Origin: Terriglobia bacterium
GTDB taxonomy: Bacteria > Acidobacteriota > Terriglobia > 2-12-FULL-54-10
Direction: 5' to 3'
DNA: 64,000 nucleotides
Assembly (NCBI GenBank): GCA_963666975.2
Contig: CAXVYR010000004.1
Span: 1,472,001 to 1,536,000 of the forward strand
Numbering within the stretch: position 1 is the first letter of the stretch; every line of letters begins with the position of its first letter. The notes beneath the pieces were generated by a model. That model was given only the letters and a program-made list of their open reading frames with translations, was not told the DNA's origin and searched no databases. Below, piece by piece: positions 1 to 11,589 of this stretch. The translations under genes and the position numbers were made by a program.

Positions 1-1
1 C

Positions 2-1009
2 TGCCTTTCCGGGTGGTAAATGGATCGAAGTAAAGTTTAGCTTCCCATCGGGGAAAGCGGGAGTGCCGGTCACGCCGGGAAGGGTGGCACTGCTTATGAA
101 ACCGCTCAACACTTCACCCGTATTCGGATCAATATCTCCACTGGAGTCAAGGAACACCACTTCGCCCGTATCCATCCTAACTATTGCGAAGAACGCACCC
201 GCTGGCCAGACCAGCCCCTGGGTTGGGTCGGTATTGGCAGGGTCGAGTATTCCCTGTGCGCCGGTGCTGCCGCTGATCGGGGCCGGCGGCGGGTTGGGGC
301 CCGGCCCGCAGAGGGAAGTCAGCACCGGGGGATTGAACTCCTGTGCGAAGCCATTGTAGACAACTTGTCCCTGAGAGAAGTTGTAGAAGCCGAAATTGCC
401 GGACGTGTAAGTACTATCTGACACCACCCAGTTCTCGAGCACGGTGCCCCCTTGGGAAACCTCGATCTCAAACAGGCCGGGCGTGAAGTTCAGTCGGAAA
501 TCGTAGTCGGTGAAATCGGCCCATGGAATGGTATTGTGCCGCAGCACAGTTATATTTGAACTGCCAGCAGTGGACCAGAACTCGGTTGCCGTAGGGTCCG
601 CACCACCACTCACGTTCACCACCTTTAAGCTCATGCCTCGCTCGGCAAAGGTGGAGAATGCGGATTGATCCAACTGTTTCCAGTCAAACAGATAGTACTG
701 ACTGCGATTTTGGAAACCGAATACGAATCCTATAAAGTCGTCGTCGCCATTCGTGTTAACGCGCAAGGACCCTTCTATCTGCTGATTTGTAATGTCAAAA
801 TCACTCAGAAAGATCGCTGGATCGGAGTTGACCGTCTGTGTAGCGGTGGTGTTTGAGTTACTTAACACCCAACTGCTATTGGTCGATCCATACTGGACGA
901 CGGTCCAAGTGCTGAGGTCAATCGGGACGGGCGCGGCAGAAACCGTGCTAAGCGACAGTAGCACTCCGAAGGCCGTGGCAGCGATCCAAAACCCGAAGTG
1001 TCTGATCAT
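2..1009 (-). CDS. Secreted protein with N-terminal thrombospondin C-terminal (TSP_C, L-lectin-like) domain; 3' end runs off the window
   Basis: Manual translation from ATG at 1009 with RBS GAGGAG upstream is open to the window edge. Signal peptide MIRHFGFWIAATAFGVLLSLSTVSA is followed by QTVNSDP...RVNTNGDDDFIGFVFGFQNRSQYYLFDWKQ...SGNFGFYNFSQ, which matches the thrombospondin/COMP C-terminal signature. Absent from the ORF track because there is no stop in the window. Confidence 0.85.
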   Translation of the reverse strand, partial: MIRHFGFWIAATAFGVLLSLSTVSAAPVPIDLSTWTVVQYGSTNSSWVLSNSNTTATQTVNSDPAIFLSDFDITNQQIEGSLRVNTNGDDDFIGFVFGFQNRSQYYLFDWKQLDQSAFSTFAERGMSLKVVNVSGGADPTATEFWSTAGSSNITVLRHNTIPWADFTDYDFRLNFTPGLFEIEVSQGGTVLENWVVSDSTYTSGNFGFYNFSQGQVVYNGFAQEFNPPVLTSLCGPGPNPPPAPISGSTGAQGILDPANTDPTQGLVWPAGAFFAIVRMDTGEVVFLDSSGDIDPNTGEVLSGFISSATLPGVTGTPAFPDGKLNFTSIHLPPGKA

Positions 1010-1040
1010 TTTTCCAGCTCCTCACTTAATCAAGGCGAGA

Positions 1041-1153
1041 CGTAAACCCACAGGCCGGACGATTACGGCGCTTGCCATCCAGCAAACAAGGAAGCTGCTC
1101 CGTAAACCCACAGGCCGGACGATTACGGCGCTTGCCATCCAGCAAACAAGGAA
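1041..1153. repeat. 53-bp perfect direct repeat (1041-1093 and 1101-1153; 60-bp period) upstream of the TSP_C gene
   Basis: cgtaaacccacaggccggacgattacggcgcttgccatccagcaaacaaggaa occurs twice, separated by gctgctc. Confidence 0.95.
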
Positions 1154-2120
1154 TGCAACGCCCCGCCACGTAGAAATTCTCATCGCAAATTCCATACGAG
1201 CTGCTCGTCCGGATTCCGCAGGATGATCCTAATCAGGATTGAAAGGTATTAATACACGGTTCTCAAGAGGGGATAAACCAGACCAGCATACACATGCCAT
1301 GTTTACAAGTCAACTGTATTTTTGGTCGTAGCCCATTATTTTTTTTGAGATTATCCTTCAGAATGGATAGGAGAAAAGCTTCGGATCACCGCTCTATGGT
1401 GAAGTACTCAATTGTTTTTCATACCTACCCGCATAGTGGTAAATAATTCCCCTTTTTTCTCTACAAGGAACACCTGGTTCAGCAAGCGCAGCTTTGTTTG
1501 CAGTAGGTTAGCAATAGTATTATTTGGCAAAGTAGTTGCCTATATATCAAGTGGAGGTGTGCCTCTGTATGAGGGTTTCTGCGGAAAGTAACTGCACATT
1601 AAGTTACGATGGGAAGGGCAAGATTACTTCTTCCTAACCAGTGTTAACGGTTGTGCTGGCGGGTGTGCAGACGGCTTCAAGTGAACGGGCTTCCGCTTAG
1701 AAATTTTTCGCCTTGAAATAAGCTTGCGCAGCGCTCCGCCAAAAGAACCGGCCGCCATAGTCAAGTGGCTCAGAGTCAAGAATTTTTACGATTTTAAGCT
1801 AGAGTAGGCAGTAGTAGAGGGAGTATTAAAGTTATCCAGTCCGGGAGGAGCTTGCCCCGCTTTGAGCCGGAATCGTCTTCTGTTAGGAGAAGAAAATACG
1901 GGTTGAGGCGGTTGTTTCCTTTGACATACTTTGCCGTTAAAGCAAGTGAGTGATTGCTCTTTTCTGAGATAAGCAATTCTGTGCTGTTGTATTTTCCTTT
2001 CCCCTCCAAACTAAAGTGACTTTCTCGTTCCAAATAAGGAAGCTGTCGTGGTAGGATTCAAACTGTTTTCCGCAGCCCCCTAAAGAATCGGCGGAAGTTT
2101 GGCTTCTTAAACTTAAGAGC

Positions 2121-3985
2121 ATGCAAAGCCGTAGCAGAAAAGGAAAGATCGGTCCCAGGCGTCTCTCGGCATGGACCTGGCTTTTACTGCTGGGCGGTTT
2201 GCCGTTTTTGTGGCTGGCCAATTTTGCCGCAGCCCAGCAACAGACGCCTTCCAGCCTTCCGGGGCAAAGCGGCCCTGCCACATCCTCCCCCACAACCGAA
2301 CAGACAGCTTCAGAAACTCCGGCTGTTGAATTACTCAGCAAAGTCCTCCTCCGGCTTCCACGAGTTACGGCACAGGAACCACCGCCGGCAATCTCCAATT
2401 CGTGGAAGTGCGAGCGAGTTCGAATCTGGCGCGGATTACCGGCCCGGCCCGCGAGCGATCTTTTTTGACCGACGGTAACAACCATGCCATCGATTTTAGC
2501 TACCTGGAAGATTTCACCCGCGGCATGCACCGGCTGGAAGTAAATTCCGTGTTGCGCTATACCGACGACATCCGAACGGACCCGGAGCGCAACAGTGTCC
2601 AGCGCGCCTATTTCCGCATCAACGGCCCCCGCTCCGAATATAACTTCGGCGACTATCTGGTGAACTATTCCAGCCTCACCTACAACCAAAACCTCAAAGG
2701 GTTCCATTTCATTCAGAGCGCCCCCTGGGGGCAGGGATTCCGTCTGCTGGGCAACGCCGGGACATTTACCGACCGTTATGGTTCCCTGTTTCGCGAAGAA
2801 CTGCCGGGCAAGCCTTTCACCAGGGTGGTGAGCGGGCTCCGGGCAGAGCAAACGATCGACCGGGATAAGATGATCGCGCTCAATTGGTCTTACGGAAACG
2901 ACATCGCCGGTTCCCTTCCGGGCACCACAACTTTTCGCCCGGTGGTTGCCAATAATGTGGCGAGCTTGGATGCTCGGATGACATTCTTCAACGCCTGGAA
3001 TCTGGAAGGGGAGATAGCCTATAGCAGCCTGAGTCGGGATACCCGGAAGAGGATTGGAAATCGCAAGAACAAGGACTATGCCTTGCGGTTTGATAACTCG
3101 GTGCGGTTTGATAACTCGGTTCGCAAGGGACCCTGGAACTTCAATGTCTATTTTACGCGGATTATGCCCTCCTTCTTTGCGGTCAATGCCCGCCAAGTGG
3201 CGGACTTGCAGGATCTCCAGGCCCGGGCGAGTGTGCAGCTGGGGGAGCGGGTCTCCTTGCAGGGCAGCTATCGGCGCACCAATAATGACTTGCGGGGGCA
3301 AAACCGCAGGCCGGAGACGGTCTTCCAGATGCCCGATGTGCGCCTCAGTTTGCGGGTTGTAGGCAACACGCTGATCGACATGGGATACAAGGAGCGGCAC
3401 CAGGACCAGTTCGGCTCCGCTGACAGGGTAACCCAGACGCCGTTTTTCCAAATCGGCATTCCGATCTCCTCCAGCGTGCTCAGCTTTGGTTTCGAGCACC
3501 GTATCCATCTGGATCGGCTGGTGCGATCGAATCAGACTTCCAGCAACGATTTCTCGGTGGGATTCCGCAGCATCTTTAACGCCGGGGATTGGATGTTCAC
3601 TCCGCTGCTGCGCTATGAACTCAACCGGGAGATTTTTGACCGTGTGGACACCGGCAACAACAATCGCAACATCCAGGCCGGACTGATTCTAGATGCTCCC
3701 CGGTATTTCGTTTTTGAAGCTATGTTCCGCCAGGTGGGTGCGACTTTATTCCAGGACCGCCGGGTGCTTGATCCCAATGGGCTTCCGGTATTCGAGGTGA
3801 CCGGCCCCAGCGGCTTCCGCCGCCCGGCGTTTCACCTGGCCGTCACTTACAAGCTGCTCAATGACGAAAATCGGTTCATTACTCTGAGTTACGAGCGCAA
3901 CAACAACCTGTTTGCCTTGCCGGGACAGGATTTTCTTGAGAAGGTCATGCAGGCGACTGTAGTTTTTCGGTCCCGGCGTCAATAG
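2121..3985 (+). CDS. Predicted outer-membrane beta-barrel protein; single-base frameshift near 2400
   Basis: ORF 2121 gives a signal peptide and a P/S/T-rich linker and joins ORF 2402 (ISNS|VEVRA). The body shows alternating amphipathic strands and ends in a C-terminal VMQATVVF-like strand. Confidence 0.7.
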
Positions 3986-3987
3986 CC

Positions 3988-6388
3988 ATGTGGGTGATAC
4001 AAAAATTCGCGGCAGATTTCCTGGGACTGTTCCGGGCCGGCGGCTGGCGGGCTCTGTTCGGCTCTCTCCGGTCGCACCGCAATAGTTTGGCCATCTGCTT
4101 GGCCGTCACGCTCCTGGGATTTGGCATATGTTTCCATCAATTTTTCCCGCAGTCTCCGCTCCGCGTTTGTTTTCCTGGACAATGTGGAAGCCCGTTCCCT
4201 CGATGCGCGATTCCAATTTCGGGGGCCCGTGCCGCCGGGCGAGGAGATTGTGATCGTGGCTGTCGATCAGAAAACCATCGACCGGCTGGGATGGCCCTTC
4301 CCGCGCGCCCACTACGGGCGCATGCTACAGACGTTATCCGCCGATGGAGCACGCGTGGTTGGCTTCGATATGGCGTTCCCTTTCCCGGACCGCAGCAGCG
4401 GCGCGGACGTGCTATCCAAACTGGAAGAGGAATACCGGCAGAGTCACGGCTCTCGTTCCCAGGATGCTTTCCTTGAGCGTTTGCGGCTGCTACGGGAAGA
4501 AACCGACAGCGATGCCCAGTTTGCCAAAGCCATTGAAGAGGCCGGCAACGTGGTGCTGGGGCATCTGTTTTTTTACCAGCGCGCCGGGATTGAACATTTA
4601 CCCCCGGAACAGATCGAGGAGTACTACGAAGTGCTGGCTTTTGAGGCCTACCCCCAGTGGCGCAAGCTGGAAGTTTCCGAAAACGCTTCGGGAAATCAGT
4701 ATCCGTTTTATTTGGAGTCCCCGGTTGCCGTTGCCGTGGAGCCGAACCTTCCCGTTTTTGCCTATGCCGCCGAAAGCTATGGCGCGTTCAACTTCGAGGC
4801 TGACAATGACGGCACGTTCCGGCGCGCGCCCCTGATCTTTTCTTACAGCGATCCCAACCTCCCGGAGATCGAGGAAGAGTTCTATCCCTCCCTGGCCGTG
4901 CAAATAGCCCGGCTCTATTTAGGAGCGGGTCCCCAGGAAACCGTACTCTGGTTTGCCCCCAACGGACCGGAAAAGATTGAGATGGGCGAGAAAGAGATTC
5001 ATCCCGATGTGTCCGGGAAGGCTTTGATCAATTTTGCCGGGCCTAGCCAGACTTACCCGCATTACTCGTTCGCCGATGTCGCCGACGGCCTGACTCCCCA
5101 GGGCGCCTTCCGCGACAAAACAGTCTTGGTGGGAGCAACGGCCATGGGAATCGGGGACATGAGGCCCACGCCGTTTGAAAAGCAGGGGTATCCGGGCGTG
5201 GAGATCCACGCCAACGTCGTGGACAATATCCTCAACGACAAGTTCCTGCGCCGGGGCCTCAGCGAGGAGATTACGGACCTTGGGGTGCTGCTATTTTGCG
5301 GCCTGGTCATGGGTCTGCTCTTCGTTCTGGTGCGCCCGCTGATTTCGACCCTCCTGTACGGACTGGCTGCCGCGGGTTTGCTGACCTTCGTCTATTACCA
5401 TTTCGCCGTCAACGGGCGCTGGCTGTCGCTGGTCCTGCCTGCCGGCACTCTTTCTTTGAATTACCTGGGCGTCATCAGTTATCGGCTTCTGTTTGAGGAA
5501 AAAGAAAAACGCAAGGTGCGCGGCGCCTTCAGCCAGTACGTCGCGCCAGGCTTCATCCGGCAGATTCTAAAGGACCCGGGAAACCTGAAATTGGGGGGCG
5601 AAGAGGCGGAGCTGACCGTGATGTTCAGTGACATTCGGGGCTTCACCTCAATCTCGGAGAAGCTCACTCCTCCGGAGCTGGTGGAACTGCTCAACAACTA
5701 CTTGACGGAGATGACCGAAATTGTTTTTTCCAATCGCGGCACCCTCGACAAATATATTGGCGATGCGCTGATGGCCTTTTGGGGCCGGCCTTTTCTGGAC
5801 TTGCACGATCACGCCGCTCGCGCCTGCCAGGTTGCCTTGCAGATGGGAAGCAAGCTGCGCGAGATGAACAGCGTTTGGGTGAATCAGGGAAAGCCTCCGC
5901 TCCGGATCGGGATCGGGCTCAATACCGGTCCGGTGATGGTCGGCAACATGGGCTCGCGACGGCGCTTTAACTACACGGTGATGGGAGACCACGTGAACCT
6001 GAGCTCGCGCGTGGAGGGCCTGAACAAGGAATATGGCACCCAAATCATTTTGACCAAATACACTCACGATTCCGTGGCGGGCCAGTTTGTGACCCGCCCG
6101 CTGGACCTGATCCGGGTGAAAGGCAAGAACAAGCCGGTGACCATCTACGAACTGCTGGGCCCCGCCAGCGAGCAATCCCGTTATCAGCCGCTGTTGGGAG
6201 AGTTCCAGCAGGGGATGGACGCTTACAGGGCGGGAAAATGGGAGGCGGCGCTCGGAACATTTGAGGACCTTGCCGCGCGGCATCCCTCCGACGGCCCCAC
6301 GCAGGTATTTTTGAAGCGCTGCAAGAATTTCTTGAAGGAGGCTCCGGAAGACGTGTGGGATGGTGTCTACACCATGACCACAAAGTAA
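3988..6388 (+). CDS. CHASE2-domain class III adenylate/guanylate cyclase; +1 frameshift at the T run near 4120
   Basis: N-terminal TM, CHASE2 motifs (IVIVAVDQKT..GWPFPRAHY, GVEIHANVVDNIL), three TMs, and cyclase motifs FSDIRGFT, DKYIGDALMAFW, GDHVNLSSRVE. Lys in DKYIGD points to ATP specificity. Confidence 0.92.
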
Positions 6389-6432
6389 ATCTATTCGACT
6401 GCCGTTTTCCGTGACGGTACTCCGGTAAAAAA

Positions 6433-9400
6433 ATGAAGAAGCGACTCTGGAACAATAGAAAACTATTCTTGATAAGCGGGCTGCTGGCGGCTCTGGCCCT
6501 GGTATCGGCGCATAAGGGGCTGGCTCAGCGGCCGGCGAGAGCCGGAGCCATCCGCGTGGTCCTGCAACCGGGCGAGGTGGCGCGGCAGAGAGGACCTCAG
6601 GTAGTCAGGTCCACTGCCACTAAAGGCTACCGGTTGTTCTACCAGGACGTGATGGAAACGGGCCAGGGCGGCCGCATGCGCGCGCGGCTGGACGATGGCT
6701 CCATTCTCGCACTGGGGCCGCAATCTCGACTGGAGGTTGTGGAACACAACGCGGAATCGCGGCAATCCACTTTCCAACTGCAGTACGGCAAGGTCCGGTC
6801 ACAAGTGATTCAGCTGACCCAACCTGATTCGCGGTTCGAGGTCCAAACCAACACTGCAGTGGCTGGAGTCCTGGGAACGGATTTTGTGGTGGACGCCTTC
6901 AACCCGATTGCCACGCTGGTGCTTTGTATTGATGGACTGGTGTATGTCAGCAATATCGACCCGGCCGTGGCCGGCACGGTGACTCTGAATGCGGGAGAGC
7001 TGACCATTGTGCAGCAGGGCCTGCCGCCCCAACCAGCGCGGACGGCGACAGCCGAAGAGATGGAGGCTGCTCTGGAAGGGTCGAGCGGGATCGCGCCCCA
7101 GGCGGTGGCCGATGTTGGAACCGGCTTTGTGACGGCCGGAGAGGAGCTGGTCCTGGACGCGACGGATTCCTTTGTGACCGGCACGGTTGCCAGCTATCAA
7201 TGGACTATTATCCAGGCAGGGAACAACCAGACCATTTACAACCAGACGCAGAGCGATCCGCTGTTGATATTGGATACGACCACGTGGCAACCCGGCAACT
7301 ACAATGGCACTTTGACGATTACAACCGACAACAACGAGACTGCATCGGCGAACTTTGGGTTTGTGGTGCTGCCGCCCGCCTTTGCTAATACGAACCCGGA
7401 GGAAGTTATCCAGCAACTGAAGCTGGCCTATGAGACGCTCCAACCCACTGAATTCATGAAACTGTTCGACCCCGAAAAGTACGTAGGCTATGCGGCGCTT
7501 CAGGAGGCCGTGGAGACGTCGTTCCGGAACCTTTCCCAGAGCCGGGTGTTCGTGCGCAAGGCCAGTGGCCAAGTAATGGAGCAGGGGAATATGGCGATCT
7601 ATCAGGTGGACTTCGAGATCCAGTTCAGCACGAAGGCGCAGCCGGACGAACACTTTGTCGTGCAGGAACAAGTGACTTTGCGGATGGAGTCCGGCTCGGG
7701 CTGGCTCATCAGCGATGTTCCCCAGGGGTCGTTGGGGTCGGCGGGGTTGCTGGCGGTCCCGGGAGTGAATGACCCGACCCAAGTGAACACGGCCTCGAAG
7801 AAAGTGACGACGGGAATCGGGAACCAGGTGGTGGCGACACCAGGAGCGGACGGCGGAGGGGAAGTCCTGGTCAACGACTCCGACTCCGACATCACTGTTA
7901 TTTTCCTCCTGTCGGACGGAAGCACGCAAAGCTTTGACATCCCCAGCGGTGAAAGTCTTGACCTTAGTGACCTTATTTTCGAGGCTGCACCAGGGGTGCC
8001 ATCGGGGACGGAGACAATTTCGACGACCATAACCATCGGGGACAGCACCGTGCCGGGACCCGATATCACCGTAACCCTAACGGAACCAGAACCGGAGCCA
8101 GAACCAGAACCAGAGCCGGAGCCAGAGCCAGAACCGGAACCAGAACCGGAACCAGAGCCAGAACCAGAACCGGAACCAGAGCCAGAACCAACGGTGGAGG
8201 TAATAGCAGGCGAGGGCGGCGTAGGGGAAACCTTGGTCAACAACTCCGACTCCGACATCACTGTTACTTTCTTCCTGCCGGACGGAAGCACGCAAAGCTT
8301 TGACATCCCCAGCGGTGAAAGTCTTGATCTTAGTAACCTTATTTTCGAGGCTGCACCAGGGGTGCCATCGGGGACGGAGACAATTTCGACGACCATAACC
8401 ATCGGGGACAGCACCGTGCCGGGACCCGATATCACCGTAACCTTAACGGAACCAGAACCGGAGCCGGAACCAGTGCCGGAACCAGAGCCAGAGCCGGAAC
8501 CAGAACCGGAACCTCCTCCGGTGGACTTCATCCTTTCGCTTACACCCAGCACGCAACAGCAGGTGAATGCCAACATTCCCGTGGTGCTCCAGGCGGAAGT
8601 TGTGCCGCAGTCGGGGCATTCAATTTGCCGGTCACCGTGACGGTTACGGACGGAAACCAGATACAATACGACCCCATCTGTGGCAACCCTCCCGGGTTTG
8701 TGTCTTATACCGGAACGGCTGGGGTTCCGGGCAGCGGAATCCTCACCTTCGTTAGCAGCCCTCCCTATTCACCGGCCAGTTTCTGTGTGTCGGCGGGGCA
8801 GGGGTCTTCCAACTTCGATTCAGGCGTGGACTCGATTACGATCAGCGGCGCCGCTGGCAGTCAAAGTGTCCTTCTGGCTCACAGCTTCCAGATCGGCGTG
8901 CCGGAGATAGCAGTAACTTCAGTCACATTTTTCACTAATCCCTTTAACTGCTTCGGTGACCCGTGTACGTTCGATATCGCCGTGAATTCGATCTCGGGTT
9001 TCAACCTTCCCGCCACTGTTTTCCTCACGGGCCCCGGGAGTTTCATCAGCGGAAGCGGACCTGTCCTGAGCCCGTTGCCGGCGGAACTGTCCAGCGCGGA
9101 TTGTGGCCCCGAATCCGCTGGGAAGGTCGTGACGCCGGGCGGCTCTACGGTCTGTACGATCATAAACACCGCGCAGGGTGGTTTCAGCGGATCCAGAGAT
9201 GTGGAAGTGTTCGCCACCTTCGGTCCCGGCTCCGCGGCTATTCATAACTTTCAGGTTTTTGGGCTAGACTCCTGCCGGTCCAATTCGGGTTGCGGCGCCG
9301 TCCTGCAGAGTGACGCAGAACAAAGCTTCGGCAAAACCGCGCTTGGCTCCGGCCTGCCGAGTCTGACGATCTCACCCTCTGCAATTCAGTTTTCTCCGCT

Positions 9401-10280
9401 GCTGCCCAGGGAGGGCGACAAGGTCCGCATCCGGGCGCGAGTGGAGAATCAAGGAGATGGTGACGCCGTCAACGTGGCTGTCGCTCTGGTGGTGAACAAA
9501 CGGACCGTGGCCACCGAGTACGTGGACATTTCCGCCAATAGTTCGGAGGCCGTGGAACTGGAATGGGAGGCGTCGTTTGACCTGCGCCTGAGCGTGGCCA
9601 TCTCCGTCGATCCGGAAGGCCGAATTCCGCAAGAGGGGAACCTGCTCCGGATTGCTGCCGTTCCCAACCTGATCGTGGAGCCTTCCTTTTCCGCCTTGCC
9701 ACTTCAGGGGAGGTCCCTGGTGGTGGTGCCCAACGGAGAATGTGCCGGATTCCGTTTCTTGAACGGCACGCAATCGTTTTGTGGCGGCAACTCCGACTTT
9801 GAATTGAGCCCCGCCATTACAGCCGACGGGCAACTCCTGACGCAAGTTCTCGCTCTAACAGGGGGGGTCATTGATCTGGGGCCGCGACCGATCACAGGCG
9901 TTATGGCAGTCCCGGAAGCGGGATATCAGATCCGGACCGTGCTCCAAAGCGGGCACCTGTACGCGGTGGAGAGCAATCGGAAATACGCCTTGTTGTACGT
10001 GGCGAACATTCAATCGAATATCGACCCCCGCCTGGCTCAGCTTGCCGGGGACGGCGGTTCCGAGCCGCAAACCAGTTCAGGGGAACTGGCTGAGCTTTTC
10101 GAGCCGGACCTGCTGGAGAGAATGCTCGATCAATCCCTGATTACGGTGGATTTCCAGTGGGTCTACCTGGAAAATGGGTCCCGGCACTTTCAATATGGCT
10201 TTGCGGCCGGGGGCGGACGGGTGCCCCGTCCCTATGTTTTCCGCCAGCCCCGAGTGCCGTCCACGGCCCTGAAGCAGTAA
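6433..10280 (+). CDS. Large exported FecR-domain protein with PKD/Ig-like, NTF2-like, duplicated Ig-like modules, (EP)n linkers and a CARDB-like domain; frameshift at the G run near 8615
   Basis: Signal peptide, then FecR motif ([26 protein letters not shown]...[19 protein letters not shown]). ORFs 6433-8640 and 8625-10280 join as QSG(A)FNLPVTV, echoed later by [14 protein letters not shown]-like segment [20 protein letters not shown]. Confidence 0.78.
7868..8514 (+). repeat. Intragenic near-identical duplication (366-bp offset), each copy followed by a Glu-Pro (EP)n tract
   Basis: LVN(D/N)[27 protein letters not shown]...[16 protein letters not shown] occurs twice with a few substitutions. 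GAR-CCR repeats lie at about 8083-8189 and 8449-8514. Confidence 0.95.
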
Positions 10281-10316
10281 CCACGCCAGCCGGGCAGAGA
10301 AAGGCAGAGGTGTGAA

Positions 10317-10814
10317 ATGAGATTGGGAATATGGCTCATGCTTGTCCTGCTGATTGGGGTGATGACTGCTCCGAATCCAGCGGACGCAGCGGGCAGGAGA
10401 ATCTGGAATAGCCAACGGGCGGCAGGCGAGGAAGAACCGGCTAAAAGAGAAAATCCAGAACGGGCCATCACGCGATTGATCCGGCAAATGCAGATGGACC
10501 TGGAGGGCTCTTCCAGCCGGGGATTTCTGGGGAATATCAATTCCGCCAAGTTTGACGACTATCCCCGCTTTGAGGACATGATCGAGCGGCTGACCCGCGA
10601 AAACATTCTTCGAGTTTACTTCCGTCAGGTCAGCAATTCCATCCAGGGAGACAATGCCCAAACGATTATCGATGCGGAATTGGAGATGGCCCGGAAGAAC
10701 TCCCCCGCCCGGTTACAAAGGCGCCGCCAGCAGGTGGTCATCGACTTTGAACGAACCAGCAGAGGCTGGAAAATTATTAATATTACACCCCGCGGATTTT
10801 TTAGCCCCCTATAG
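10317..10814 (+). CDS. Exported NTF2/SnoaL-like fold protein
   Basis: Signal peptide, helix-helix-beta pattern and terminal GWKI motif; last gene of the cyclase operon. Confidence 0.65.
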   Translation: MRLGIWLMLVLLIGVMTAPNPADAAGRRIWNSQRAAGEEEPAKRENPERAITRLIRQMQMDLEGSSSRGFLGNINSAKFDDYPRFEDMIERLTRENILRVYFRQVSNSIQGDNAQTIIDAELEMARKNSPARLQRRRQQVVIDFERTSRGWKIINITPRGFFSPL

Positions 10815-11589
10815 CTCCGACGGAAACGCTAGGACCGGGTTGCCCATCGCCATACCCGTCCCGCAAGGTTCAGGTGGCTTGAATTTCCTCCCCCGGCATG
10901 TAGAGATCTTTTTCCGGTTGTAGTTGCACCTCGACATGCAGCCCGTAGGGAAGCGGCGGAGAAATCAGGCGAATCGGGAAGATGTAAGCCTTGACCTGTC
11001 CACGGTTGTTGGTCCACTTTCTATGTGAGTCCATACGCCGTGGCAGCCGAGTGGAGCGGAACCCGGCGCCGCCGGCTCACATGCAGGACAGCCCGGTACT
11101 ACCGGTGGTCCCGCCATGCGGGATAGAGAAACTGCTGGAGCGCCCTGCCTCCCTTGGCAACAGAAAAGGGAGTTCGAACGAAGAGTCATGGTCTGAAGGA
11201 GAAGATCGAATAGAGGAATGGTGGCAGCAAAGTTCACCGTAAGATTCCAGGAAACGAGCCGTGGTCGCAAACCGCAACGGCGTTTTGCTGATAGGATCAA
11301 GCCCCAAAGCGCGGAGGCTTGGTCCAGCGATGATTGCGCAGATCCTTCCGCAGCATCAAGGGTCACGATGAACGGTCCGACAAAAAACCTCGGCCCCCCC
11401 TTGACCCTGCTCCTGGCTTACTACGCTACTGGTGCCTCTTGACAACGCCGACGCCGTTATAGACGGTCTAGGATTTTTTCCGCCTGGACCCCAAAACGCC
11501 GCGCAATGGGGAGGTTTTCATCGAAGAGCCGAGATGCTTTCTGGCAGGCAATCCGACTTGGCCACGCTGTAATTTTTCAAAATAACTTT

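Noticed and set aside
1041-1153. Possible CRISPR mini-array or c-di-GMP riboswitch
   Set aside because: Only two 53-bp units with a 7-bp gap, no cas genes, and no recognisable GEMM consensus.
63-1226. Plus-strand ORFs 63-359, 665-856 and 792-1226
   Set aside because: They overlap the TSP_C gene on the minus strand, which has an RBS, signal peptide and domain signature.
1937-3508. 523-aa minus-strand ORF and many other long antisense ORFs (e.g. 6799-7929, 7602-8666, 42401-43930, 57973-58938, 61010-62167)
   Set aside because: Shadows of real genes on the opposite strand in GC-rich DNA; the GS-repeat ORF is simply the antisense of the (EP)n tract.
10830-11580. Short ORFs, possibly a remnant of a recombinase-associated gene (MVAAKFTVRFQETSRGRK)
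   Set aside because: Similarity is too weak and fragmentary to support a call.
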